Shown piece after piece: positions 46,704 to 56,029 of a DNA stretch of 64,000 bases. Position 1 is the first letter of the stretch, and every line of letters begins with the position of its first letter. The translations under genes and the position numbers were made by a program. The notes below the pieces were generated by a model, which ran no database searches, was not told the origin of the DNA, and saw nothing but the letters and a program-made list of their open reading frames with translations. Origin of the DNA: Dehalococcoidia bacterium. Its GTDB lineage: Bacteria; Chloroflexota; Dehalococcoidia; UBA2979. The stretch is from positions 40,368 through 104,367 of the forward strand of contig JADLFF010000058.1 of NCBI GenBank assembly GCA_020845735.1, given 5' to 3'.

Positions 46704-47516
46704 ATGATGGCGCTGTGGATAACAGAGCAGGGAGTGCTGGTGCAGACCGAGCAGCTTGTCCTGGCCGTCGACGACGAACCAGCCTCGCTGCGAGTCGTGA
46801 AGATCTGCCTCCGCGAGGAGGGGTTCCGGGTCCTCACGGCAGGCTCCGCTGACGAGGCGCTCCGCCTCGCGGAGCAGTACCGGCCGGACGTCGCCGTCCT
46901 CGATGTGATGATGCCGGGCACCGACGGCCTTGAGTTGATGCGCGAGCTGCGCGCGCGCAGCAGCCTGCCGGTGATCCTGCTCACGGGACGCTCGGGCGAT
47001 CGAGACAAGGTGAACGGCCTCGACCTCGGGGCCGACGACTACCTTGTCAAGCCGTTCAACCCGGAGGAGCTGGGAGCGCGGGTGCGCGCGGTGCTGCGAC
47101 GGAGCACGGCGAGCGTGCATCCACCGCAGATCGTGCAGGTCGGCGACCTGGAGATCGACCTCGACCGGCGCCTCGTGAAGCGCGGGGGCGAGCTGATCGC
47201 GCTCACGCGCACGGAGTGGATGCTGCTGCACCACCTAGCCGCGAACCCGGGCAAGGTCATGCTCAACACCGAGCTGCTCACGAAGGTCTGGGGCACCGAG
47301 TACCGCGAGGACTTCCAGTACCTGCGTGTGTGGGTCTCTCGCCTGCGGAGAAAGCTCGGCGACTTTGAGCTGATCCGGACGTTCCAGGGCATCGGCTACA
47401 TGCTCGTCCTCCAGCCCGGCGAAGGTGACGAGGCACGCGTGCTCGTCGAGAGCCGGGACGAGCTGCCGGAAGCTGAGACGATCACTGAGCCCGCGCCCAT
47501 CACTCGAGCAAGCTGA
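46704..47516 (+). CDS. OmpR/KdpE-family response regulator
   Basis: Receiver domain (VLAVDDEP...VAVLDVMMPG...) plus winged-helix output domain (YLRVWVSRLRRKLG). Confidence 0.85.
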   Translation: MMALWITEQGVLVQTEQLVLAVDDEPASLRVVKICLREEGFRVLTAGSADEALRLAEQYRPDVAVLDVMMPGTDGLELMRELRARSSLPVILLTGRSGDRDKVNGLDLGADDYLVKPFNPEELGARVRAVLRRSTASVHPPQIVQVGDLEIDLDRRLVKRGGELIALTRTEWMLLHHLAANPGKVMLNTELLTKVWGTEYREDFQYLRVWVSRLRRKLGDFELIRTFQGIGYMLVLQPGEGDEARVLVESRDELPEAETITEPAPITRAS

Positions 47517-47691
47517 GCGGGCTTCGTGGACCGGCGATAGCGGCCGGCGTCCTCGGCATGGCTCCCTGTCCGATGATTATGTATTGACACCTCGGGGTAA
47601 CGTGTCTGGAGGACATGGAGTCGTTGCCGCCCTCGCACGCGCGATACGTGCATTGACGGGCACACGGAATCGGCGAGGGAGCGCTGCACGC

Positions 47692-49173
47692 ATGGATGAC
47701 GCCCCCACGCGCGTCCTCGAGTCTGCGATCGCCGACGCCGCTGCACCACTCCTGGTCGTCGCCGAGGGAGGCCCTGTCCTCGCGGCCAACGAGGCGTTTC
47801 GGGCGACGTTTGGCGCACCGCCGGACGACCTCGATGGGTTGCGCCTGCTGAGCGCGGAGCCGGTGAGCGACGACGCCTCGAGTGTCGACCTCCCGGCGCT
47901 GTTGCGCGAGGCGAAGCCGGCGAGCGGCATCGCGCTGCTGCGAACTATCAACGGTGAGCCTGTCAGGACCGGTTACAGCGTCACGCCCCTCGGTGAAGGC
48001 GCGCCGTACCACGGCGCCATCCTCGCGCTGCAGCCCCTGGAGGCTCCGTCGCTGACCCCCGAGCCTGCCTTCACCGCCCTCGCCGAGTCGGCGCCGTGCA
48101 TCGCGTGGGTCGCGTCAGTCGATGGTGCCGTGCTGTTCCGCAATCGCGAGTGGGACGCGGGCGGACCGGTCGGGCCGACCTCTGCCCCACTGACGGCGCT
48201 CCATCCTGACGACATCGAGCGTTGCCGCGGCCTCTGGGAGTCGGCGCTGCGCGAGGGCGTGATGTACGAGGCGGTCGCGCGGCATCGGGTGGACGACACC
48301 TATCGCGAGTTCCTGACGCGCGCGGCGCCCCTGACGAACGAGATCGGTGAGGTCGTCGCCTGGTTCGGAACCACCACCGACCTCGAGCCGGTGAACGCGG
48401 TCGAGCGGTCGAGCGGCGAGCGGGGGGACGGCGAGGGGGGCGGTGACCGCGAGAGCAAGACCGTCCTCGCGGTCGCGTCGCACGAGCTGCGCGCACCCCT
48501 CGCGGTGCTGCGCGGGATGGCGCAGATCACCCGCCGGCGCTCGGAGCAGCAGCAGTTGAGTGACCGCGAGCTGCGGGAGGCCCTCGCGATGATCGAGGGA
48601 CAGGCCGACCGAACGTTGCTGCTCGTCGAGCAACTCCTCGACCACGCACGCCTCGGTGTGGGGAAGCTCGAGCTCCAGCGCGGCAAGTGCGACGTGACGA
48701 ACCTCGTGCGCGGCGTGGTCGACCGCGTGAACGCAGCGCACGAAGGACGGGTCATCGAGGTGCGGGCCGCGGGGCCGGTGACGGCGAGTGTCGACGCGCC
48801 ACGCATCGAGCAGGTGCTGATGAACCTCCTCGACAACGCGATCAAGTTCAGCCCGGCCGACAGTCGCATCGACGTCCGGGTGGTCCGCGTCGTGAGTGGC
48901 GAGGACGAGGTCGCCGAGATCGCCGTCCGCGACCGCGGTCGGGGGATTCCGGTGAGTGAGCGCTCGCTGATCTTCGAGCGCTTCCACCAGGTGACGAGCG
49001 ACGACGCCTCGAAGGGGATGGGCCTCGGACTGGCGATCTGCAAGGAGATCGTGGAGCTGCACGGCGGGACGCTCTCGGTGGGTACGCCGCGCGGCGGAGG
49101 TGCTCGCTTTGTCGTGCGCCTGCCCGTGACGCAGCCGGCGGAGCTGCAGCGGCCGCACGGGGCGAGTCGCTAG
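47692..49173 (+). CDS. cytoplasmic PAS-domain sensor histidine kinase
   Basis: No TM segments. PAS-like regions, H-box VASHELRAPLAVL, N-box MNLLDNAIKFS, G1 RDRGRGIP, G2 GMGLGLAICK. Confidence 0.8.
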   Translation: MDDAPTRVLESAIADAAAPLLVVAEGGPVLAANEAFRATFGAPPDDLDGLRLLSAEPVSDDASSVDLPALLREAKPASGIALLRTINGEPVRTGYSVTPLGEGAPYHGAILALQPLEAPSLTPEPAFTALAESAPCIAWVASVDGAVLFRNREWDAGGPVGPTSAPLTALHPDDIERCRGLWESALREGVMYEAVARHRVDDTYREFLTRAAPLTNEIGEVVAWFGTTTDLEPVNAVERSSGERGDGEGGGDRESKTVLAVASHELRAPLAVLRGMAQITRRRSEQQQLSDRELREALAMIEGQADRTLLLVEQLLDHARLGVGKLELQRGKCDVTNLVRGVVDRVNAAHEGRVIEVRAAGPVTASVDAPRIEQVLMNLLDNAIKFSPADSRIDVRVVRVVSGEDEVAEIAVRDRGRGIPVSERSLIFERFHQVTSDDASKGMGLGLAICKEIVELHGGTLSVGTPRGGGARFVVRLPVTQPAELQRPHGASR

Positions 49174-49183
49174 CGGGACCGGA

Positions 49184-49561
49184 CTACCGAGGAGGCAACT
49201 GCCGCCGCACTGCATCGAGCATGCGGTCCACGTCGACGGGCTTGACGAGCCGCTCTGCGGCCCACGGCAACTCATCGAGGGACGCCACGACATCGGCGGA
49301 GAGCACGACGAGGGGGGCCGGGGCTGCCGTGCGCGCTCGGTACTCCCGAGCGAACGTGCTGCCGGTCATGCCGGGCATGTGCAGGTCGAGCAGGATGACA
49401 TCGGGCTGTGGAGCGCCGTCCGTGCCGAGCCAGGACAGGGCGCTGGCTGCGTCCTGGGTCGTGACGACCTGGAAGCCTTCGCCCTCGAACAATGCTCTTG
49501 CAACTCGACACATTCCGGGGTCATCGTCGATGACCAGAATGAGACTCGGCGTATGATCCAT
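49184..49561 (-). CDS. single-domain CheY-like response regulator
   Basis: LILVIDDDP...VILLDLHMPGMTG...LVVLSA...KP receiver motifs; no output domain. Confidence 0.75.
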   Translation of the reverse strand: MDHTPSLILVIDDDPGMCRVARALFEGEGFQVVTTQDAASALSWLGTDGAPQPDVILLDLHMPGMTGSTFAREYRARTAAPAPLVVLSADVVASLDELPWAAERLVKPVDVDRMLDAVRRQLPPR

Positions 49562-50408
49562 GCACTCTTCCGGCTCGAGGGGTGCACGGGGGCACCCGCG
49601 ATTTACGGATTATAGAGTGCGGCGCGGCGCGACCGCGGTCAGGGAGACTCACACGAACGGACTCGTCGACGGGGACCTGCCGGACCACCGAGTCATTGCC
49701 AGCGCGCCATCGACGGAGGCAGCCGATCGCGAAGAGCTGCTGGCGCGCGGCGCCCACGAACTCCTGAATCCACTTGCCAATGTCCTGGGCTTCGCGCACG
49801 TGCTCAACCGGCTGGCGGCGAACCGCCCGGCCGACTGGAGCCCCGAGTCTCGCACCAGCATCTCGATGCTGGTGAGCGAGGCGGAGCGGCTGAAGACCGT
49901 GAGCGAGGCCTTTGTGGAGCTGCTGCGCCTGCGTGACGGCGTGTTCCGCCTCGCGACGAGCGACGTGGAGGTGGACGCGCTGGTCCACGAGGAGGTGCGA
50001 GCGCTGGGGCGCCGCTGGCCCGGTGTGCGCATCAACGAGGAGTACGGCGAGACGACCGCCGTGCTCCGCACCGACGAGGTGCGCTTGCGCTTCGTGATCC
50101 GCGCCATCCTCGACAGTGCGGCGCGGTCGCTATCGGGAGCGCCGGGGCGCGTGAGCGTGTCGCGGTCACCGATCGGTGGGGCGCGCATCGGTGTGCGGGT
50201 GCCGGTGCTCGAGGCGCAGGCGGCGGCCCTCATTGTCGGTGGGGGGTTCGACGACCCGGCGCTGGACGAGGAGCTCGCCGGTGACCTGGACCTCGCTTCT
50301 GCGGTGACGCGGAAGATCGCGCGCCACCTCGGGCTTTCGATCGCGCTGGTGCGGCAGGCCGGCCAGGTGGGCGCCGACATGGTGATCTCGATCCCGCCCT
50401 CGGTCTGA
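49560..50408 (+). CDS. degenerate histidine kinase-like protein (H-box retained, ATP-lid motifs eroded)
   Basis: H-box GAHELLNPLANVLGF is present. The N-box is replaced by RAILDSAARS (both Asn lost), there is no DxGxG G1 box, and only an HLGLSIAL remnant of G2. True start is probably downstream of 49560, for example GTG at 49617. Confidence 0.5.
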   Translation: MHSSGSRGARGHPRFTDYRVRRGATAVRETHTNGLVDGDLPDHRVIASAPSTEAADREELLARGAHELLNPLANVLGFAHVLNRLAANRPADWSPESRTSISMLVSEAERLKTVSEAFVELLRLRDGVFRLATSDVEVDALVHEEVRALGRRWPGVRINEEYGETTAVLRTDEVRLRFVIRAILDSAARSLSGAPGRVSVSRSPIGGARIGVRVPVLEAQAAALIVGGGFDDPALDEELAGDLDLASAVTRKIARHLGLSIALVRQAGQVGADMVISIPPSV

Positions 50409-50481
50409 CGCGGTGGGCTGAGGGGTGGGGCGGCCCTGCCGAGGGCGGCACGCCTCCTCGAACGTCCTCGACTGGTGCTGC

Positions 50482-51693
50482 CTAGAACGGTGTTTCGACC
50501 GGGCGTCGTGCGTTCACGCCTCGGACGACGGCCACGCCGGTGACCACCACGACGGCGAGCATGGCCACGAGGCCAACGATCACCGACAGCCATGCGGGGC
50601 CGGCGGACAGCGCGGGCGGCGGCTCGTCGGGAGTGGTGGCGAAGGCCTCGAGGCGTTGCACCGTGGCAGGGGCGTGCCCCGAAGTGTAGTCGGCGAGCAC
50701 CTCGAGGGCGCGCGTGCCGAGCTTGCCGCTGGGCTCGATCTGCGTGTTCTCGTCGAACTCGTTCCAGCTGATGATGCCGAGTGCGTCCGGCCGAGACTCC
50801 AGTGCCGTGTCGATGGCCTCGATGAACGTGCGCCCCTCGAAGCGATCGATGACACGCGTGGCGCCGAGGAGGGACGCGTCGAAGCCCGGCGCGGCCGGAG
50901 CGATCCACATCCCCTTGCCGACCGCCTCGCGGAGGCTGAGCAGCCGCGCGACGTGCGCCTCGCGGCGGCTCGGATCGGCGGACGACCAGTAGTAGGCGTT
51001 GCCATCGAGGACGGACGCGACTCGCGCGTAGCCGTCGGCGTCGCGCTCGGATCCGAGCAGCAGCATGCCGAGGGGCTGCCCCGGGTCGCTGGGATCGCGC
51101 GGGTGCGCCAGGCGGTGCTGTCCGGAGAGGATCGTGAGGTCATCGAGCGAGTACTCCCACGTGCCGTCGATGATCACGAGGGGCTGGCCGAACACATCGA
51201 AGACCGGGTCGCGTGCCCAGCGCTCGGCGAAGAAGTCAAGGTCCGCAGCGACCTGGGCGATGGACACCGGACGGCGGTTCTCATCGAGAGCCGCGTAGTG
51301 GATCGCGAGCTTGAAGTTCTGGGAGCGCGCTTCCTGCACGAGCAGGTCGAGCGCGTGGTTGAGCACCTCGTTGGAGTGCCAGTGGACGATGAACGCGCGG
51401 ACCCCGGCGTCCCGGGCCATGCGAATGTGCTCTCGAATGGCCTCGGGGGAATCGCTGGTGTAGCGGCCGAGGGCGGGGATGTCACGCTTGTGCTGCCACC
51501 ACGACTCGTTGGTGTGGGAGATGAAGTAGTAGGCCATGACGGGCACGTTCACGCGCGCCTGCTCGACAGGACGGGGCGGGGCGTCGGGCCGAGGCGCACG
51601 TGCCGCCATCGAGGGGCGCAGGGTCACGGCGCAGACGGCGACGGCCACCGTGACCGCGACGAGAACGAACGCGGCGCGCCCGGCGCTAGGCAC
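50482..51693 (-). CDS. membrane-anchored glycoside hydrolase, GH99 (endo-alpha-mannosidase)-like
   Basis: N-terminal signal anchor. YYFISHT...LGRYTSDSPEAIREHIRMARDAGVRAFIVHWH resembles the GH99 block around the catalytic region. C-terminal TM helix. Confidence 0.4.
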   Translation of the reverse strand: MPSAGRAAFVLVAVTVAVAVCAVTLRPSMAARAPRPDAPPRPVEQARVNVPVMAYYFISHTNESWWQHKRDIPALGRYTSDSPEAIREHIRMARDAGVRAFIVHWHSNEVLNHALDLLVQEARSQNFKLAIHYAALDENRRPVSIAQVAADLDFFAERWARDPVFDVFGQPLVIIDGTWEYSLDDLTILSGQHRLAHPRDPSDPGQPLGMLLLGSERDADGYARVASVLDGNAYYWSSADPSRREAHVARLLSLREAVGKGMWIAPAAPGFDASLLGATRVIDRFEGRTFIEAIDTALESRPDALGIISWNEFDENTQIEPSGKLGTRALEVLADYTSGHAPATVQRLEAFATTPDEPPPALSAGPAWLSVIVGLVAMLAVVVVTGVAVVRGVNARRPVETPF

Positions 51694-53038
51694 TGGCGGG
51701 CTCCACTCGAGTGGCCCTCCTGAGGCTCAGCGCGGTCAGCACGCCCGCTGCGACGACCGCACCGCCATAGAGGAGGTACGTCGGGAGATAGGACGAGCGC
51801 GTCACGGTCTCCCGGCGCGTGCTCGAGAGGAAGACCGGGGACCTCGGTGGCACGGTGAAGTCGAGAGCCTCGCGAATGCTGTTCGCCCGCGCATCCCGGG
51901 TGGCGAGCGGTTGCAGGTCCCAGTTCTCCTCGATGAAGCGCAGGAACGAGGTGAAGTCGAGCTCTGTGTGGTCCACCACGCCCTCGCGAGCGTAGGCCGA
52001 GACGAGGAGCGCGGGGACTCGGAACCCGTAGCCGTCGCGGTCGACCTCCGGCGGAGCGACGTGGTCGTACCAGCCTCCGGCGCTGTCGTAGGTCCAGGCG
52101 AACGCAGCCGTCTCCCAGTACCGCGAGCGCATGAGCGTCGTGACGAGGTTGCGCACCAGCGACTGCCCCGCGGCGATGCTGCCCGGCGGGTGTTCACTCG
52201 AGCTGGCCGGGACCACATAGGCGACGTTCGGGAGCGAACCGCGCTCGAGGTCGGCGAAGTACTCGGAGAGGTCGACGATGCGCCCGTTGAGGACGGGGTC
52301 GTCGAGGAAGCGATCGATGGCGAGGAGCGGCACCCAGGAGACCTGTGCACGGCGGTTCGGGGGCGCGCTCGCGAGCGTGCGGTAGGTGACGGAGGGGTCG
52401 TAGTCCTCGACGTAGACCTTCCACGACACGCCGGCCTGGCTGAGGCGGTCGAAGATCGTGGGGATGTTGGCGGGCACCCCTCGAGGCGGAACGGCGTCGA
52501 GACCGGCGCTCGTCCCGGCCATCCAGAACATGTGGTTGGCGAAGCTGCCGCCCGTCGACGACTGGAAGAAGCGATCGAAGAGCACGAAGTTGTCGGCGAC
52601 GTTCCAGTAGTACGGGATGTCCTCCCCGTCGTAGTGGCCCATCGTGGGGTGCACCGTCGAGCCGGGCTGGAGCGCGGCCGCCACGAACCCGTTCATCTGG
52701 CCGTCGCGGAACTGCGCGCGGAACGCGGCGGCATCGTGGGGGAGGTCACGCGCAGGACTCATGCCCAGGCGGAACGGACGGACACACTCCGAGTCCGCGC
52801 GATCCGGCGCGATGGGCACGCAGGTGTCACGCGGGACACCATCGGCGCCGGGGTAGGAGCCGAAGTAGTTGTCGAACGAGTGGTTCTGCTGCATGAGGAC
52901 GATGAAGTGCTCGATGGGTGTGCGCGGTGGGCGGGCGGCCTGCGCGTCGGCCGGGCTCGCCTCGGGAGGAGCGAGCAGCACGACCGCCGCAAGCGTCGTG
53001 ACCAGCAGCACGAGGGCGAGCCTGACCGCGGCCGGCAT
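51686..53038 (-). CDS. phosphoesterase family protein (phospholipase C / AcpA acid phosphatase family), membrane anchored
   Basis: IEHFIVLMQQNHSFDNYFGSYPGADG is the PF04185 signature. Signal peptide and a C-terminal TM helix. Confidence 0.7.
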   Translation of the reverse strand: MPAAVRLALVLLVTTLAAVVLLAPPEASPADAQAARPPRTPIEHFIVLMQQNHSFDNYFGSYPGADGVPRDTCVPIAPDRADSECVRPFRLGMSPARDLPHDAAAFRAQFRDGQMNGFVAAALQPGSTVHPTMGHYDGEDIPYYWNVADNFVLFDRFFQSSTGGSFANHMFWMAGTSAGLDAVPPRGVPANIPTIFDRLSQAGVSWKVYVEDYDPSVTYRTLASAPPNRRAQVSWVPLLAIDRFLDDPVLNGRIVDLSEYFADLERGSLPNVAYVVPASSSEHPPGSIAAGQSLVRNLVTTLMRSRYWETAAFAWTYDSAGGWYDHVAPPEVDRDGYGFRVPALLVSAYAREGVVDHTELDFTSFLRFIEENWDLQPLATRDARANSIREALDFTVPPRSPVFLSSTRRETVTRSSYLPTYLLYGGAVVAAGVLTALSLRRATRVEPASA

Positions 53039-54846
53039 CAGGGCCGCACCTCGTAGACGATGGTGATCGGGAAGGTCGTGCGCTCGCCCGCGGTCAGCCG
53101 CTCACCCTCGAAGCGGTAGATCTCGCGAGCGTTGTAGCGCTCCGCGTAGGCCAGGAGCCGGTCTGCCTCGCCGGGGAACGCCTCGGCGGAGTACGTGTCC
53201 CAGACGATGTACTGCAGGGCCGACTGGCGAATCAGCAGGTCCGGGTTCTCGTTGGGGCGGTCGTCCGAGGTGGCGAGCGGCGCGGACGAGGTGAGCCCGA
53301 GCGTCTCGCGCTGCGCGTAGAACTCGAGGACTCCGGCAAACGCACGGTCCGTGGTGAGCAGCGCTGCGCCCGGCGGAACGTGCTCCCCGATCCACCTCGC
53401 CGTGTCGCGCCCACCGATGATACCGGGGACGTGGGCCGAACCGGCGATGTTGGGCGCCATGCCGAGCAGGATCGCCGTCGAGATGGCGAGCACACCGAGG
53501 CCCACGGCCGACACCGCCATCTCTGTGGTGGGTGCGAGCTCGCGGCCCACGAGGCGTGGGAGCTCGGCGAGTGCGCGCGCGGCGAGGACCGCGAGGGGAG
53601 GCGCGATGCCGGCGAGGTCGGCGAAGGTCCGGTCGGGCCACGCGAGCAGGAGTGCGGACGGCACGACGATCCAGAGCCCGAGGAGCACCTCCCGCCAGGT
53701 GCGCCGACGCCTCGCGAGGACGGCCGTGCCGACCGCGCCGAGCAGCACGGTGAGGCCGAACGCGGGAACCACCTCGCCCAGCTGGAGGTACCAGGGACGG
53801 CCGGAGCCGAGCAGGGCGCGCACGATCGAGCCGGCCCAGAGGGGCCCCTGGCCGGAGAGCCCGTAGGCCAGCGGCAGGACGAAGCCGAACGACCCCACGA
53901 TCGCGAAGGCACCGACGAGCGTGCCTCGACTGATGGACGTCCAGCGACGATGCGACACGAACAGGAAGAAGACGGGGACGTAGGCGATCGAGGAGGCATC
54001 GGTGAGCAGCGCCAGGCCGAGGCAGACCGCGCCGACGGTGACCCACGGCCCGCGCTCGGTGGAGGCGAACCGGGCGACGGCCGCGAGGCTGAGCGTGACC
54101 CAGAGCGCCGCCAGCACCTCGGGGCCCACCGCGCGCGACGCGATGACGTGGTAGGGCATCAGCGCCAGCAGCAACGCCGCGAGGGTCGCCTCGCGCGCTC
54201 CCCACATGCTGCGCGCGACAGCGTACGTCGCGAGCGCAGTCACGACGCCGATCGCTGCGACCAGCAGCCGCGCGACGATGTCGTGGGCGCCGAAGACCGC
54301 GAACAGGCCTCCCAGCACGAGCTGGAAGAGCTGCGCCTCGCCTCGGGCGGATGGGAACAGCTGCGCGAGCGCGCCGCTTCCGAGGAGCGAGCCCGCCTCG
54401 CCGGCGGTTGCCGCCTCGGTCGCGTCGAGGCCAATCGCGCCGAGTCCCCAGACACGCAGGTAGAGCGCCGTGAGCGCACCCGCTGCGAGCAGCGCGGCCG
54501 CCACCGGCTGAGCGCGCAGGCGCTCGAGGATGGCGGGCGCAGGAGGCGGGGGCGCAACGACGGTCGCCTCGCCCGAGGCTGTGCGCGGTGCACCGCGCGC
54601 GGCTGCGGCATCGATGTTGACGCCCCAGCGACTCGCCCGGGATTCCGGTGGCTCTGGCGGGTTGATTTGTGCGCTCAGGCTCTGAGTATCCGTTCTGATG
54701 TCATCCCGACGTCTCAGCGAATAGTGCTCAGGAGCTGCAAGAGTCGAACGGTCCCGAGGCGGCGAATGTGCTCGTCGGATTCGCGCTGGCGATTCCGCAC
54801 AGTGTAGATAGCTACTCACAGTCGCGCACTGGTGGAGAAGACCCAC
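53038..54846 (-). CDS. glycosyltransferase family 39-like (PMT/ArnT-type) polytopic membrane protein
   Basis: Polytopic, with a D-ATEA-containing first loop (YLRVWGLGAIGLDATEAATAGEAG) and a C-terminal soluble domain. Stop overlaps the phosphoesterase start. N-terminal boundary is uncertain. Confidence 0.5.
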   Translation of the reverse strand: MGLLHQCATVSSYLHCAESPARIRRAHSPPRDRSTLAAPEHYSLRRRDDIRTDTQSLSAQINPPEPPESRASRWGVNIDAAAARGAPRTASGEATVVAPPPPAPAILERLRAQPVAAALLAAGALTALYLRVWGLGAIGLDATEAATAGEAGSLLGSGALAQLFPSARGEAQLFQLVLGGLFAVFGAHDIVARLLVAAIGVVTALATYAVARSMWGAREATLAALLLALMPYHVIASRAVGPEVLAALWVTLSLAAVARFASTERGPWVTVGAVCLGLALLTDASSIAYVPVFFLFVSHRRWTSISRGTLVGAFAIVGSFGFVLPLAYGLSGQGPLWAGSIVRALLGSGRPWYLQLGEVVPAFGLTVLLGAVGTAVLARRRRTWREVLLGLWIVVPSALLLAWPDRTFADLAGIAPPLAVLAARALAELPRLVGRELAPTTEMAVSAVGLGVLAISTAILLGMAPNIAGSAHVPGIIGGRDTARWIGEHVPPGAALLTTDRAFAGVLEFYAQRETLGLTSSAPLATSDDRPNENPDLLIRQSALQYIVWDTYSAEAFPGEADRLLAYAERYNAREIYRFEGERLTAGERTTFPITIVYEVRP

Positions 54847-54942
54847 ACAGATTCCGCGAGGGCGGATGCGCCACCGGTCTGCGACGAGTACTCGACGCTT
54901 CGATGGTTAGAGTGGATGCAACTCGGGTGCGGGAAGGTCTGT

Positions 54943-55926
54943 ATGAGGGCGATCATACTCGCCGGTGGCGAAGGCACGAGGCTGCGCCCGCTCACCACAT
55001 CGTTGCCGAAGCAGCTGGTCCCGGTCCTCAATCGGCCGTTCATCGAGTACCAGTTGCGCTACCTGTTGCGCCACGACGTGACGGAGGTCACCCTCGCGCT
55101 CACGAGGAACGCGCACAGCGAGCGACTGCGGGCCGCCCTCGGTGACCGTGCGCACGGCATCGACATTCGCTACGCGTACGAGGAGCAGCCGCTTGGATCG
55201 GGCGGTGCGATTGCCGGGGCTGCGGCCGGTTGGACCGAGCCCTTCCTCGTGTGCAACGGCGACATCGTGACGGACGTCGACATGAGCGCGCTGATCGAGG
55301 CGCATCGGGCGGCACGTGCCGAGCTCACCCTGTTCTTGCAGCCCGTCGAGAACCCGTCCGCGTACGGCGTCGTGGCTCTGAACGACAGCAGCGAGGTCAC
55401 ACGATTCGTCGAGAAGCCCGCTCCCGGCACCGAGCCGTCAAACCTCGTGAACGCCGGGATCTGGCTGTTCGAGGCGCATCTCCTGCAGGAGATGACGGCG
55501 ACGCGCGCGAACCAGGTCGAGAAGGAGCTCTTCCCGACGCTCGCCTCCTCGGGGCGGCGAGTCCTGGGGTACCAGGCGCCCACGCCGGCCTACTGGCGCG
55601 ACATCGGCACGCCGCGGACCTACCTCGAGGCGAACATCGACGCGCTGCTCGGCCGCGTGAGCGGCCTCGAGACCACCGGCTCGCGCGATGGCCACATGCT
55701 CCCGAGCGACATCGAGGTCCACACGACCGCCACGGTGCGGCACGCGGTGGTCGGCGCGCGCAGCGTCCTCGAGGCGGGTGTGCATGTCGAGTCGTCCGTG
55801 CTCTGGGAGCGCGTGCGCGTCGGCGAGGGCGCGATCGTGCGCGACAGCGTCCTGGCCTCGGATGTGGTGATCTCGCCCGGTGCGGTCGTCGAGGGCCAGA
55901 CGCTCGGCGAGGGCGAGCGCGTCTAG
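54943..55926 (+). CDS. mannose-1-phosphate guanylyltransferase (NDP-sugar pyrophosphorylase with C-terminal LbH domain)
   Basis: MRAIILAGGEGTRLRPLT...LPK nucleotidyltransferase signature, plus a hexapeptide-repeat C-terminus. Confidence 0.8.
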   Translation: MRAIILAGGEGTRLRPLTTSLPKQLVPVLNRPFIEYQLRYLLRHDVTEVTLALTRNAHSERLRAALGDRAHGIDIRYAYEEQPLGSGGAIAGAAAGWTEPFLVCNGDIVTDVDMSALIEAHRAARAELTLFLQPVENPSAYGVVALNDSSEVTRFVEKPAPGTEPSNLVNAGIWLFEAHLLQEMTATRANQVEKELFPTLASSGRRVLGYQAPTPAYWRDIGTPRTYLEANIDALLGRVSGLETTGSRDGHMLPSDIEVHTTATVRHAVVGARSVLEAGVHVESSVLWERVRVGEGAIVRDSVLASDVVISPGAVVEGQTLGEGERV

Positions 55927-56029
55927 CCTCCAGCGTCCGGCCTTGATCCCCCTGGCGCCTCGCCTCAGCGCCTAATCGTCACGACTCGGACGGCGCGTAC
56001 CCTGCTCGGTCTGCCGGGTCGGGCCGCCG

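Noticed and set aside
49560-49562. ATG at 49560 as the start of the degenerate HK gene
   Set aside because: It overlaps the start codon of the divergently transcribed CheY-like gene, leaving no room for promoters. A downstream start such as GTG 49617 is more likely, but it cannot be resolved from sequence alone.
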